A stretch of 61,921 bases of DNA, the filler included, from Limisphaerales bacterium (GTDB taxonomy: Bacteria; Verrucomicrobiota; Verrucomicrobiia; Limisphaerales; SIBE01): the NCBI GenBank assembly GCA_044225505.1. It is 3 parts of 3 records of this genome, joined end to end, with 100 filler letters (N's around TTAATTAATTAA, not from the genome) between each part and the next. Parts side by side here need not be neighbours in the genome. Positions count along the whole stretch, not along the records: positions 41,446 to 61,921 come from JBGAIN010000151.1; 2 more parts are not named here. One strand, written 5' to 3'. This document shows, piece after piece, positions 52,988 to 61,595 of the stretch. Below the pieces are notes generated by a model that had not been told where the DNA came from, did no database searches, and worked only from the letters and a program-made list of their open reading frames with translations. How positions within the stretch are numbered: the first letter of the stretch is position 1; each line of letters begins with the position of its first letter. The position numbers were made by a program, and so were the translations under genes.

Positions 52988-54145
52988 CTAGGCAGGCGCG
53001 GACGGGTGTGACGTGTCGCAGACGCTGCGGTAAAGCGCTTCGTACTGCGGAACGATGGCTTCCGCCGAGAACCTTGCCTGCGCTCGGATTCGTGCCGCTT
53101 TTCCCTGAGCCGTTCTCAACGCCGGGTCGCGCATGAGTGTTTCCACCGCCGCGACCAAGTCAGCGACATCGCCGGAACGCGCCAAGATCCCGGTCGCGTG
53201 ATTCTCAATTACTTCCGGGATTCCTCCCACGGCCGTGGCGACGCTGGGCCGTCCGAATGCCATGGCTTCGAGGATCCCCAGGCAAAAGCTTTCACTTTCC
53301 GACGTAAATAAGGCGAAATCTGCGACCTGCAGATAGTCTTCCACGTCGTTAACCTTCTCTTTAACGATCAGGCGATCCTTAAGGCCGAGGCGTTCAACGT
53401 CCGGAAGGAAGGGCGCAAAACTTCCACCGGCCAGGATCAGCAACTTGAATCGTTCTCGCGGGCGCAGTCGTGCCACGGTCTCAAGCAGCAGGTCGACCCG
53501 TTTGACCGGGCGCAGATTGGACGAATGCACGATCAGGATTTCGTCTTTCAGCCCCAATTCTTCTCGAACGAGGTGAGCGGGACGGCGTGGCGCGCGCGGG
53601 GCATAGAAGTTGTAAATGACACGCATGTCTCCTTGAAAACCAAGCACCCGCCGGGTTTCATCCCGCAAGTAATTCGAGACTGTCGTGACGGCATCGGAGC
53701 AATTCAACGCGTGGAGAATGGCAGGACCGTATCCTGGATCTCGGCCGAGCAACGTGGTGTCCGTTCCATGCAGAGTCGTCACCACTCGGGGTTGCAGCTC
53801 CTCGGGCAACATCGAGCGGGCGAGGATCGCGGCGGTGGCATGGGGGACTGCGTAATGCACGTGTAACACATCTAATCGATGTTCACGACTCACCTCGGCC
53901 ATGCGCACGGAGAGGGGGAGCGTGTAGTCCGGATACCTGAAAAGCTCGTAGTCGTTGATGATCACCGGGTGAAAGTGGAGGCGGGCGACATCGACCGGGA
54001 GCCGGAAGGGCCTCTCATAACTAATGAAATGGACTTCGTGCCCGCGCCGCGCGAGGTCCTCTCCCAATGCGCAAGCGAGCACTCCGCTCCCGCCCACTGT
54101 GGGATAGCACGTCATCCCAATCCGCATGGGTCGAGACTGGGTCAT
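52988..54145 (-). CDS. bshA: N-acetyl-alpha-D-glucosaminyl L-malate synthase (GT4)
   Basis: IGMTCYPTVGGSG, LHVHYAVPHA, TTLHGTD, HSSNLRPVKRV, SESESFCLGILEAMA. Confidence 0.92.
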   Translation of the reverse strand: MTQSRPMRIGMTCYPTVGGSGVLACALGEDLARRGHEVHFISYERPFRLPVDVARLHFHPVIINDYELFRYPDYTLPLSVRMAEVSREHRLDVLHVHYAVPHATAAILARSMLPEELQPRVVTTLHGTDTTLLGRDPGYGPAILHALNCSDAVTTVSNYLRDETRRVLGFQGDMRVIYNFYAPRAPRRPAHLVREELGLKDEILIVHSSNLRPVKRVDLLLETVARLRPRERFKLLILAGGSFAPFLPDVERLGLKDRLIVKEKVNDVEDYLQVADFALFTSESESFCLGILEAMAFGRPSVATAVGGIPEVIENHATGILARSGDVADLVAAVETLMRDPALRTAQGKAARIRAQARFSAEAIVPQYEALYRSVCDTSHPSAPA

Positions 54146-54146
54146 A

Positions 54147-54875
54147 TTAAAAGCGCCGGGCGCCTGTTCCCAGAGCGATCAGAGACGAGACGACGATTGG
54201 ATCGTTTGGGAAAAGAGCGATGGCATGGCCTATGCCCGCTCTTGCGCCCAGTGCTTGGGCGCGGAGGAGCTGCAGTTCGACATAGTTACGCGTCCGAAGT
54301 TGAGAGGCGTGAGCCTGCATGGATCGCGTCCAGGCCTCCAGAACAGGTGCTTCCGAAACGTTGATGAGCACGGGAGAGATGTCACGAGGCTCGGCGTCCG
54401 AAGTCAGAGCGTAATAGAACAGCTGGCTGGTTGTGTGAGGAGGCAGGGCGCGGAGCTCAGCGAAGCCGCCATACCGCGCCAGTCGGCATGCGTCCCGCAC
54501 CATCCGGCCGAGGCGCGCGTGGTCCGGATGCTGATTTTCCACGAGGCTCGGGGCAAGAACGATTCCCGGTTGCCATTTTCGTATGCTGGCAGCGAGCTGG
54601 ATCGTGTGCGCCGTTTTTACTTCCAAATGAGCGTCTCCGTCCAGTTCGATGAATTCGATCGTGGCGCCGAGCAACGCGGCCCCGGCCTCCGCCTCGCGAC
54701 GCCGCTCTTCGGGTGAACCGTTGGTCGATGCTTCACCGCGCGAGCAGATGACAAAGTGCACCTTTCGGCCTAATTGGGATTCGGAAGCAATCACGCCGCC
54801 GCATCCGAATTCGATGTCGTCCGGATGCGCGCCGAAGACGAGCATGGGCGGCAGATCAATCGGGGAGGTCAACAT
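54147..54875 (-). CDS. bshB1: PIG-L family GlcNAc-malate deacetylase
   Basis: FGAHPDDIEFGCGG, SRGEASTNG, QHPDH, AHASQ; directly upstream of bshA. Confidence 0.85.
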   Translation of the reverse strand: MLTSPIDLPPMLVFGAHPDDIEFGCGGVIASESQLGRKVHFVICSRGEASTNGSPEERRREAEAGAALLGATIEFIELDGDAHLEVKTAHTIQLAASIRKWQPGIVLAPSLVENQHPDHARLGRMVRDACRLARYGGFAELRALPPHTTSQLFYYALTSDAEPRDISPVLINVSEAPVLEAWTRSMQAHASQLRTRNYVELQLLRAQALGARAGIGHAIALFPNDPIVVSSLIALGTGARRF

Positions 54876-55632
54876 AAGCTTCATCAGAGCGGTCAATCGA
54901 ATCGCGGCCAACGAAGGTGATTTCCGGCGTTTCTTCTTTGCGAAGATAGGCCTGTTCACCAGCTCCGGCGATGTAGTGCGTGCATCGGAGCACGGACTGC
55001 ATCCACCGCAAGCGGGTGTCGCGAGTTGGGCTGACCTGCTCTTTGCTGAACGGCACGAGCGGCAACGTCACGAACGAGTCTCCGCCTTCATGCAGCTGCA
55101 ACGCTGTTTCCGTGTAACGAGCGCGGACAATTTCGCCTTCATATGGCACGTCGACAAAGAACTCGGCAATCTCGCAGGCCGCTCGACGCACGGTCGGGTC
55201 GCTCGAGCGGACGACGCGAATTCCCTCGAGCAAGCCCATCTGCCGGTATGAGGCCAGGCAAAAGTCGGCTGGAGTTTGTCCGGAGGTCTCTTTGAAACGG
55301 TCGATCAGGCGAGTCGACACGTAATTCGGGAGCTGTTGGACCGTCTTGGCCTGCCATTCTGGGGCAATCCGCTTCAAGAAGAGCGGTGAGAACTTCCGCT
55401 GCACTTTATTTTCGACGGCGAAGTTCAGCACCGCAGGAATTTGAGTCGTGCGGTGTCGCAGAATGGTGCGTGTTTCTCTCGGATCGTGATCGCTGTCATG
55501 GCAAAAGAAAATAATCTCACCTCCGATTTCCGATTGGAGCCGCCGAGCGGTTTGAATTTTGGCAAATAAGAAACGCCGCGGGAAGAAGCCGCAGGGTTGT
55601 TGCCCGAAGGCGATGACAGGGCTGGTGCTCAT
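54856..55632 (-). CDS. Short (258 aa) BshC-like putative cysteine-adding enzyme
   Basis: GQQPCGFF…K, FF..DSDHD..E and SP..TR..MQ…YIAGAGEQAY parallel the BshC motifs as I recall them (GQQxGL, EDHD..E, RPxxQ…GPGExxY); operonic with bshB1/bshA. Confidence 0.7.
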   Translation of the reverse strand: MSTSPVIAFGQQPCGFFPRRFLFAKIQTARRLQSEIGGEIIFFCHDSDHDPRETRTILRHRTTQIPAVLNFAVENKVQRKFSPLFLKRIAPEWQAKTVQQLPNYVSTRLIDRFKETSGQTPADFCLASYRQMGLLEGIRVVRSSDPTVRRAACEIAEFFVDVPYEGEIVRARYTETALQLHEGGDSFVTLPLVPFSKEQVSPTRDTRLRWMQSVLRCTHYIAGAGEQAYLRKEETPEITFVGRDSIDRSDEAYVDLPD

Positions 55633-57332
55633 GCGGCCTGGGAAGGGGTTGGGCCGTTGGCTGCGGACAACGCCACTTGCAGGACCAGGCTAAAAACCAC
55701 GCAGGCCGCGCAGCCGATCACGTTGTACCAAAGATAGCTAATGCTCAGCGAGCAATACATCGCGATGACCAGAGTCTGAGCCGTCACCGCCGCAATGAAT
55801 ACTGCCGTCCCGCGCACGCGCTTGAGAAAGAACGCCACCAGGAAAATGCCCAGCACGACGCCGTAAAAGATGGAAGCGATAATGTTCAAGGCCTCGATGA
55901 GGTTCTCGGCAAAACTGGCGAAGAGCGCAAACCCAACCGCAAAGCTGCCCCACAGCGCGGTGAACCATTTGGCTACCCGGACGTTGCGCGCCTCGTCATG
56001 CGCGGCGAGTGGTCGGAAATGCCTCCACAGATCGATGGTGGTCGTGGCTGCGAGAGCGTTCAGTTCTCCCGCTTTTGAAGAGAGGGCGGAGGCAAACATG
56101 ACGGCGATCAGCAAGCCAATCGCTCCGTGTGGAAGCTGCGATAGAATAAACGTGATGAACACGTAATCGGAATCCTTCACTTTCGCTCGTGGATCCGCGG
56201 AGAGCAGTGCCTCTTTCGCTTCTTTACGAACATTGTCGACCGCCCGTTGCGCGTCAACCATTGCGGCGCGGGCCTTCGCTCGGGTCGGTGCGTCCGGAGT
56301 TGCGCGCGAGGCGAACCAGGCGCTGACCGTCTGTCGTTTGGCTTCGTGCAATGCGGCATGCTTGGCCTCTATCGCACGAAATTTAGCTCCGTCCGCGGAT
56401 TGCGTGTGCCTATCCCATTCGGCCCGGTTGAAAAAGACGGGGGTATTCGGCTGAAATTGGAAGAACACAAACAGGAGAGCCCCGACCATGACGATGAAGA
56501 ACTGCATCGGTATCTTCAAGACGGCGTTAAACATGAGGCCGAGACGCCCTTCTCGCGCGCCGCCTCCACCGATGTATCGTTGGACCTGCGATTGATCCGT
56601 CCCGAAATAGGAGAGCGAAAGGAACAGACCTCCCAGAAGGCCGCTCCAGAATGTGTAGCGCTTGTCTGGGTCTATCGAGAAGTCCACGGCTTGCAGTTTG
56701 CCCATGGCTCCCGCCATCTCCAACGCGCCGCTGGGCAGTTTCGCAACGAGGATGACAAAGGCCGTCAACATGCCGCCAAAAATGACGGCCATCTGCCATT
56801 TCTGTGTCAGGCTTACGGCGGCACTCCCCCCAGTTACAGTGTAAACGATGACGACCAGCCCGGTGCCCAGGATGGTCAGATTCAAGCGCCATCCCAGGAC
56901 GCTCGAGAGAATGATCGCGGGGGCGTAGATCGTCACGCCGCTCTGCACTCCCCGTTGCAGCAAAAAGAGGCTCGCGCCCAGGAGCCGGGTCTTAGCGTCA
57001 AACCGTCGGCCGAGATATTCGTAGGCGGTGTAAACGCCAAGGCGACGATAGATCGGCAGAAATACCGCGCAGACGATGATGAGAGCGATCGGGAGTCCGA
57101 AATAGTTTTGCACGAATGCAATACCGCTCTCGTACGCCTGGCCAGGGAGCGAGAGATAAGTGACGGTGCTGGCTTGCGTGGCCATGATCGAGAGGCCGAT
57201 CGTCCCCCACTTGGTCGAGCGACTTCCCTTTAAGTACGTATCGAGGTGATCGGTGTGGCGGGTGCGCCACGTGCCGTAGGCAGCGATGCCCAGCATGGTC
57301 CCCAGCAGCACAACCCAATCCAACAGATTCAT
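55629..57332 (-). CDS. Sodium:solute symporter (SSS family)
   Basis: LSIMATQAS, TAYEYLGRRF, YTVTGG, SYFGTDQSQVQRY; many TM helices. Confidence 0.93.
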   Translation of the reverse strand: MNLLDWVVLLGTMLGIAAYGTWRTRHTDHLDTYLKGSRSTKWGTIGLSIMATQASTVTYLSLPGQAYESGIAFVQNYFGLPIALIIVCAVFLPIYRRLGVYTAYEYLGRRFDAKTRLLGASLFLLQRGVQSGVTIYAPAIILSSVLGWRLNLTILGTGLVVIVYTVTGGSAAVSLTQKWQMAVIFGGMLTAFVILVAKLPSGALEMAGAMGKLQAVDFSIDPDKRYTFWSGLLGGLFLSLSYFGTDQSQVQRYIGGGGAREGRLGLMFNAVLKIPMQFFIVMVGALLFVFFQFQPNTPVFFNRAEWDRHTQSADGAKFRAIEAKHAALHEAKRQTVSAWFASRATPDAPTRAKARAAMVDAQRAVDNVRKEAKEALLSADPRAKVKDSDYVFITFILSQLPHGAIGLLIAVMFASALSSKAGELNALAATTTIDLWRHFRPLAAHDEARNVRVAKWFTALWGSFAVGFALFASFAENLIEALNIIASIFYGVVLGIFLVAFFLKRVRGTAVFIAAVTAQTLVIAMYCSLSISYLWYNVIGCAACVVFSLVLQVALSAANGPTPSQAA

Positions 57333-57484
57333 GAAAATGCTCGTGTAAACACGGCGAGCAGGGCCACCACCAGGACGAACCATCCGAAGACGAACAAATA
57401 AACCATTCCCCAACTCCGAAACCCTGGCACGCCCGGCAGTTCATCGTCGGGCGGAGTTTTGGGGAGAGGTTGGGCGGGAATCAT
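57329..57484 (-). CDS. 51-aa single-TM protein, putative symporter accessory subunit (absent from the ORF track)
   Basis: MIPAQPLPKTPPDDELPGVPGFRSWGMVYLFVFGWFVLVVALLAVFTRAFS; ATGA overlaps with both neighbours. Confidence 0.8.
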   Translation of the reverse strand: MIPAQPLPKTPPDDELPGVPGFRSWGMVYLFVFGWFVLVVALLAVFTRAFS

Positions 57485-60000
57485 TTTCCGAGAGAGATAA
57501 GGTTCGCCAGTAGCCGATATGCCCCGGGCACTCCGGCGGGGAGTTGGCGAAAGAAGGCTAGTCCCGTATAAACGTAATAGCCCTTGCCATGCTTGGCGAT
57601 CAACAGGCCGCTCGTCAAAGGTTCCTCACCTGGGTCGCTCATCGCCAGAAGTGTGTCATACTGCGCTTTGGACCAGCTGCTGGGAAAATAGGCGCCTCGC
57701 TCTTGCACCCAGCCGTCAAAATCCTGCGATGTAATGCGGTTCGGAGAAATCAGCGCTGCATGGTCAGGGATCAGAAACGTGACAGGCGCGCGCTCATCCG
57801 TGACGCGAAGTTGCGGGGCCGGGCCTTGAATCGAGAGCGGATAAGGTCCCAGTGCTGGCACATTCAGGCCGTTGGGCCGGTTATACTGCACCACGACGGT
57901 TCCTCCCTGTTCGACATATTCAAACAGATTCGTCACGGTCGACGCCAGGTCTTTACGCTCGTTGAACGCGCGGACTCCCAACACCACGGCGTCGAGCCCG
58001 CGCAGCTTCTCGGTGGTTAAATCCGCTCCTTTCAAGGACGTGACGGCGCAGCCCATCTCTGCCAACGCCTGAGCTGTACTATCGCCCGCCCCAGACACGT
58101 AGCCAATGTTGCGGGCGCGCACGGCAAAGTCCAAACTCAGAGCTCGACTCTGAGCGGGCGGTTGCAGCAGCAGCAAGGGCAAGTGCGGATAGTTGATTTC
58201 AATTCGGTCGTTGGAGTAGCTGGACCCGTTCACGGTGGCAATCGCGGATAAACGCGCCGAGGTTGGCTGGGGCGGAGCGCTCACGTCAAAGCGGACACTC
58301 ACCTTGCTTCCAGCCTCGTCCAGCTGGAACGGCTGCTCGGCAGGCGAGGTTCTCCACCCATCCGGCGTGTCCAGGCGCAGGCGTCCAGTTTGGTTCGCGC
58401 GTCGCGCCACAATTTCCACCACCACCGGTCGTGTGCTTCCGGGCCGGAACAGGGACACCAGAGATTCGAACCTTAACGACACTGGCGGAACCACATCAAC
58501 GCGGCGGTGCCGTTCCTTGCCATTGGCCTGTTCAGGGTATCTCGGCTCGTCCGCAACCACCAGTTGTTGATCACCGACGGCAAAAACATATTCGATGGGA
58601 ATGGCTGGGGCGTTTTCCGGGGTCCCAATCAACTGCGGATCGTCAACCCGGAAGATCCCACTGCTCCCTTCGCGTCGCAGCCAGTAAGGCTGTGTTAACG
58701 CCAAGTCGGGCGGCGCTCGGAAGAGTCCTTCCGCTGTCCGCCTTTGAGTCGAGATCAAGTTTTCGGAGGCGATCGCTGGTGACTCGAGGTGCTGACCACG
58801 CGTCTCCAACCAGCGGACGGGGACTGTGCCACTCAACGACACGGTATAGCGAAGTTTGAGGACTTCCCCTGGCACAATCTCGGGCCGGTCAGCGACTGTC
58901 TCTACCGACAATCCAAGGCAAGCTTGCAGGATGCGATCGAGTTGGGCGCGCTTGTCCGCGAGCACTGCATCGGACGGCAAGTTGCGGAGTTTCGTCCGAA
59001 TCGTCAACAACGCGGGGACCGACGCGGACGGGTTGTTCGTCTCGAAACTGTCGATGATCTTTGCTGTCAGAGGGCCAATTTCTGCTCCTCCAGGCACTCT
59101 CGCCCACGTCGTATCGATGCCGTCAAAGATGTCATTGGTTGCCGAAGCCCCTCCCAGGATCATGAACGTCTGGACATTGGGACCGCTGCCTCCCCGCCCG
59201 CCAAAATTGCTGAATCCTTGCGTAATGTGCATGGCGCGGCTGCGCCCAGCAATGGTGCTGAAGGATTCACCCGTGACCCGGTCAGTCCCGGCAATATCCG
59301 TGGTGACAGTGGGGCCTGTTGGCCCCGCGTTGTTCCGTCCCCCAAAGCCATTCCAAGCGACTCGTTTTGGCTGCCAGATCGACAGTCCTTGCGCCAGTTG
59401 CTCCGGATACGCCTTGGGATCTCCCGCCAGGTTGAACGCTTCGACCCCTAGAATCCCCGACGCGGTGTGATGACCATGCCCTCCGCTGCCCGGAGGTATG
59501 GGAAACCTTGTCACAATCACATCCGGCCGAAACTGGCGGATGATCCGGACGACATCGCCCAGGACCTGATCCCGATCCCAGAAGCGCAGCGTCTCTTCCG
59601 GCGTCTTGGAGAAGCCAAAATCGATCGCTCGGGTGAAGAACTGTCGCCCGCCATCCAGTCGTCGTGCCGCTAGCAGTTCCTGAGTACGGGCCACGCCCAG
59701 TTTTTCATCAAACTCAGGCCCGATCTCGTTCTGGCCACCGTCGCCTCGGGTCAGGGAGAGATAAGCCGTTCGATAGCCTCGACCGCGCGCGAAGTAAGTG
59801 ATGAGCGCGGTGTTTTCGTCGTCCGGGTGTGCGCCGATGTGGAGCACGGTCGCCACGGTGGAGAAACTCCGGAGTTCCTCCAGGATTGCGGCAGGCGTGG
59901 TGGGAAGAAACTCGGTGGCCAGGGCAGGCGTGGCTAAAAGCCACACCGCCCCCAAGCTAGCCGAGGTTAGAAGAGCGCGCGCGCGCCGAACGGCACTCAT
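57481..60000 (-). CDS. Secreted large PIG-L/LmbE family deacetylase/amidase with Ig-like and C-terminal class I glutamine-amidotransferase-like domains
   Basis: Signal peptide (…ATPALA|TE), AHPDDE, TRGDGGQN, DFGFSK, HGHH, VVQYN, GWVQERG. Confidence 0.88.
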   Translation of the reverse strand: MSAVRRARALLTSASLGAVWLLATPALATEFLPTTPAAILEELRSFSTVATVLHIGAHPDDENTALITYFARGRGYRTAYLSLTRGDGGQNEIGPEFDEKLGVARTQELLAARRLDGGRQFFTRAIDFGFSKTPEETLRFWDRDQVLGDVVRIIRQFRPDVIVTRFPIPPGSGGHGHHTASGILGVEAFNLAGDPKAYPEQLAQGLSIWQPKRVAWNGFGGRNNAGPTGPTVTTDIAGTDRVTGESFSTIAGRSRAMHITQGFSNFGGRGGSGPNVQTFMILGGASATNDIFDGIDTTWARVPGGAEIGPLTAKIIDSFETNNPSASVPALLTIRTKLRNLPSDAVLADKRAQLDRILQACLGLSVETVADRPEIVPGEVLKLRYTVSLSGTVPVRWLETRGQHLESPAIASENLISTQRRTAEGLFRAPPDLALTQPYWLRREGSSGIFRVDDPQLIGTPENAPAIPIEYVFAVGDQQLVVADEPRYPEQANGKERHRRVDVVPPVSLRFESLVSLFRPGSTRPVVVEIVARRANQTGRLRLDTPDGWRTSPAEQPFQLDEAGSKVSVRFDVSAPPQPTSARLSAIATVNGSSYSNDRIEINYPHLPLLLLQPPAQSRALSLDFAVRARNIGYVSGAGDSTAQALAEMGCAVTSLKGADLTTEKLRGLDAVVLGVRAFNERKDLASTVTNLFEYVEQGGTVVVQYNRPNGLNVPALGPYPLSIQGPAPQLRVTDERAPVTFLIPDHAALISPNRITSQDFDGWVQERGAYFPSSWSKAQYDTLLAMSDPGEEPLTSGLLIAKHGKGYYVYTGLAFFRQLPAGVPGAYRLLANLISLGK

Positions 60001-60003
60001 GCG

Positions 60004-60573
60004 CTATTTCTTCACGGCAAATGGCACAGAATACTCTGTGTTCTCCCAAGATAATTTGAGCAGGCCGCCGCCGCTGGGATTCTTCTGCACGGCCATGGTG
60101 AATTGTTCAACCGGGGAAGCGGTCGCCGCCTTGGTCAAATCGACCCGGGCCAAGTCGTTCTTCTCGTCGACGGGAACACCCCATTGGCCGATCTTCTTGC
60201 TGATGGCGAGTTTGGCGGTTCCCGCTTCGTCCGGCACCATATAAAGAGTGTAAGCACCGGCAGGCAGGTCAAAGCCTCCCAAGGTAATGGGCTGTTGGGT
60301 GATGAGCAACGTCGCTTCGTCCGATCCCATCCGCCAGGCCTTGCCATACGGCACCAGCCCGCCCCAAATCTTTCGCACTTCGCCTGTTTTCGGACTTTTG
60401 GTGTAAGGGCGGCCGTAAGTGACCGTGACGCGATTGCCATCAATGACCGCGCTCGTTGTTTCGTGGGGACTATTGCCGCCCGTGGACGCTGCGCGTGTTG
60501 GGGATTGCGCGTTGCTGAGGGCCGTCGTGACGACCAGCGCGGCTAAGCTAAGCGCGTATAGAGTTCTGTTCAT
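60004..60573 (-). CDS. Secreted DUF2911 family protein
   Basis: SP…VTYGRP, GGLVPYGKAWRMGSDEAT, PAGAYTL, EQFT, LSWENT; signal peptide. Confidence 0.88.
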   Translation of the reverse strand: MNRTLYALSLAALVVTTALSNAQSPTRAASTGGNSPHETTSAVIDGNRVTVTYGRPYTKSPKTGEVRKIWGGLVPYGKAWRMGSDEATLLITQQPITLGGFDLPAGAYTLYMVPDEAGTAKLAISKKIGQWGVPVDEKNDLARVDLTKAATASPVEQFTMAVQKNPSGGGLLKLSWENTEYSVPFAVKK

Positions 60574-60840
60574 GGAATTAAGGTTGTTGCCAAGATTTTG
60601 GTTTGCAGTCCGCAACTAAGCCCCGGACAACTGGTTGTACCCGGCTTGCGGCGATGCATGAATTTCAAGACAGTCTCCATCACCAATCGGTTTCACTCAA
60701 TGCTGATTTTTTTAAAGGACCGCACCAGCTTGAATATCCCATCCTTGCGATCGCGGTCCCCCACAACGGCATTGGGTCGATTGGTTAGGAGCAAATTGCT
60801 CTCGGTTTGCCACTTTGAGCCTCCTTCGCTGAGGACCGCT

Positions 60841-60912
60841 TGAGAACAGGATGAGAACAGGATGATACCGGGATCACGATCCTGTTCTGATAGGGGTCTC
60901 ATCCTGTTCTCA
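60841..60912. repeat. 35-bp imperfect inverted repeat built of 11-bp units (TGAGAACAGGA)
   Basis: Arms 60841-60875 and 60878-60912; outer 16 bp perfectly complementary. Confidence 0.85.
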
Positions 60913-60930
60913 TAGGGTTCTGAACGTATC

Positions 60931-61018
60931 AATCCCGCTGGAATCCCGCTCCAATCCCAGTCATACCCCACTAGTGAAGGAGGTATGACTGGGATTGAAC
61001 TGGGATTCCACCGGGATT
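60931..61018. repeat. 37-bp imperfect inverted repeat built of 11-bp-phased AATCCC/GGGATT units
   Basis: Arms 60931-60967 and 60982-61018, 4 mismatches, 14-nt loop. Confidence 0.85.
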
Positions 61019-61154
61019 ACTCCGTGCTGTCGATGGCACCGTCCGCCAGGCCTATCGGTTGATTGCGATACGTAGCCGCCGTTGGAGACAATTGTCGCCA
61101 ACGTCTCACGCATTGGGAACGGGCTGTTCCCAAAACGGCCAGGCAACCGCGATT

Positions 61155-61595
61155 TGTCTCACACTCTGTCCGCAATTTGCGGACAAACCCGCTAGCCCCA
61201 CCTACCGGAGCGGTGTTTCCTACACCGCTGGCAGCCTCAAGACAGCCTGTAAACGGCTTGCTCACAGCCTCGCGACGCTGTGACCAAGCTGTCAGCAAGC
61301 CGTGACCAGGGAACGACCAAGTGCTCAAGAGCGGATTCAGGCCGCGAAACCAGGGGCGCTACTTCATACGGTGCGGTAAACGGATTTGAAGATACTTTAC
61401 CCATTGCGGGCCAGCGTCTTGGACTGGGCCAGACTTCGGGCGCTGTTTCGTTCGAACGATCGAAGTCTCGCTAACGATCAAATGTCTCACACTCCGTCGA
61501 CAATTTGTCGGCAATGTGTGCGACATTTCCCGGGGAACTCTCCGGAAGCGGCCTCACCGGAATCCAGGAGCAATTTGCTACTTGTATGTGAGACA
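61155..61595. promoter_or_regulatory. Repeated composite dyad motif TGTCTCACA-N9-CAAWTTG
   Basis: Copies at 61155-61179 (+), 61483-61525 (fully symmetric) and 61571-61595 (-). Confidence 0.6.
61232..61303. repeat. Third 11-bp-phased inverted array (C[A/G]GC units then GC[T/C]G units)
   Basis: Units at 61232, 61243, 61254, 61265 mirrored by 61277, 61288, 61299. Confidence 0.7.

Noticed and set aside
60841..61330. CRISPR array
   Set aside because: Units are 11 bp, contiguous and inverted, with no unique spacers and no cas genes.
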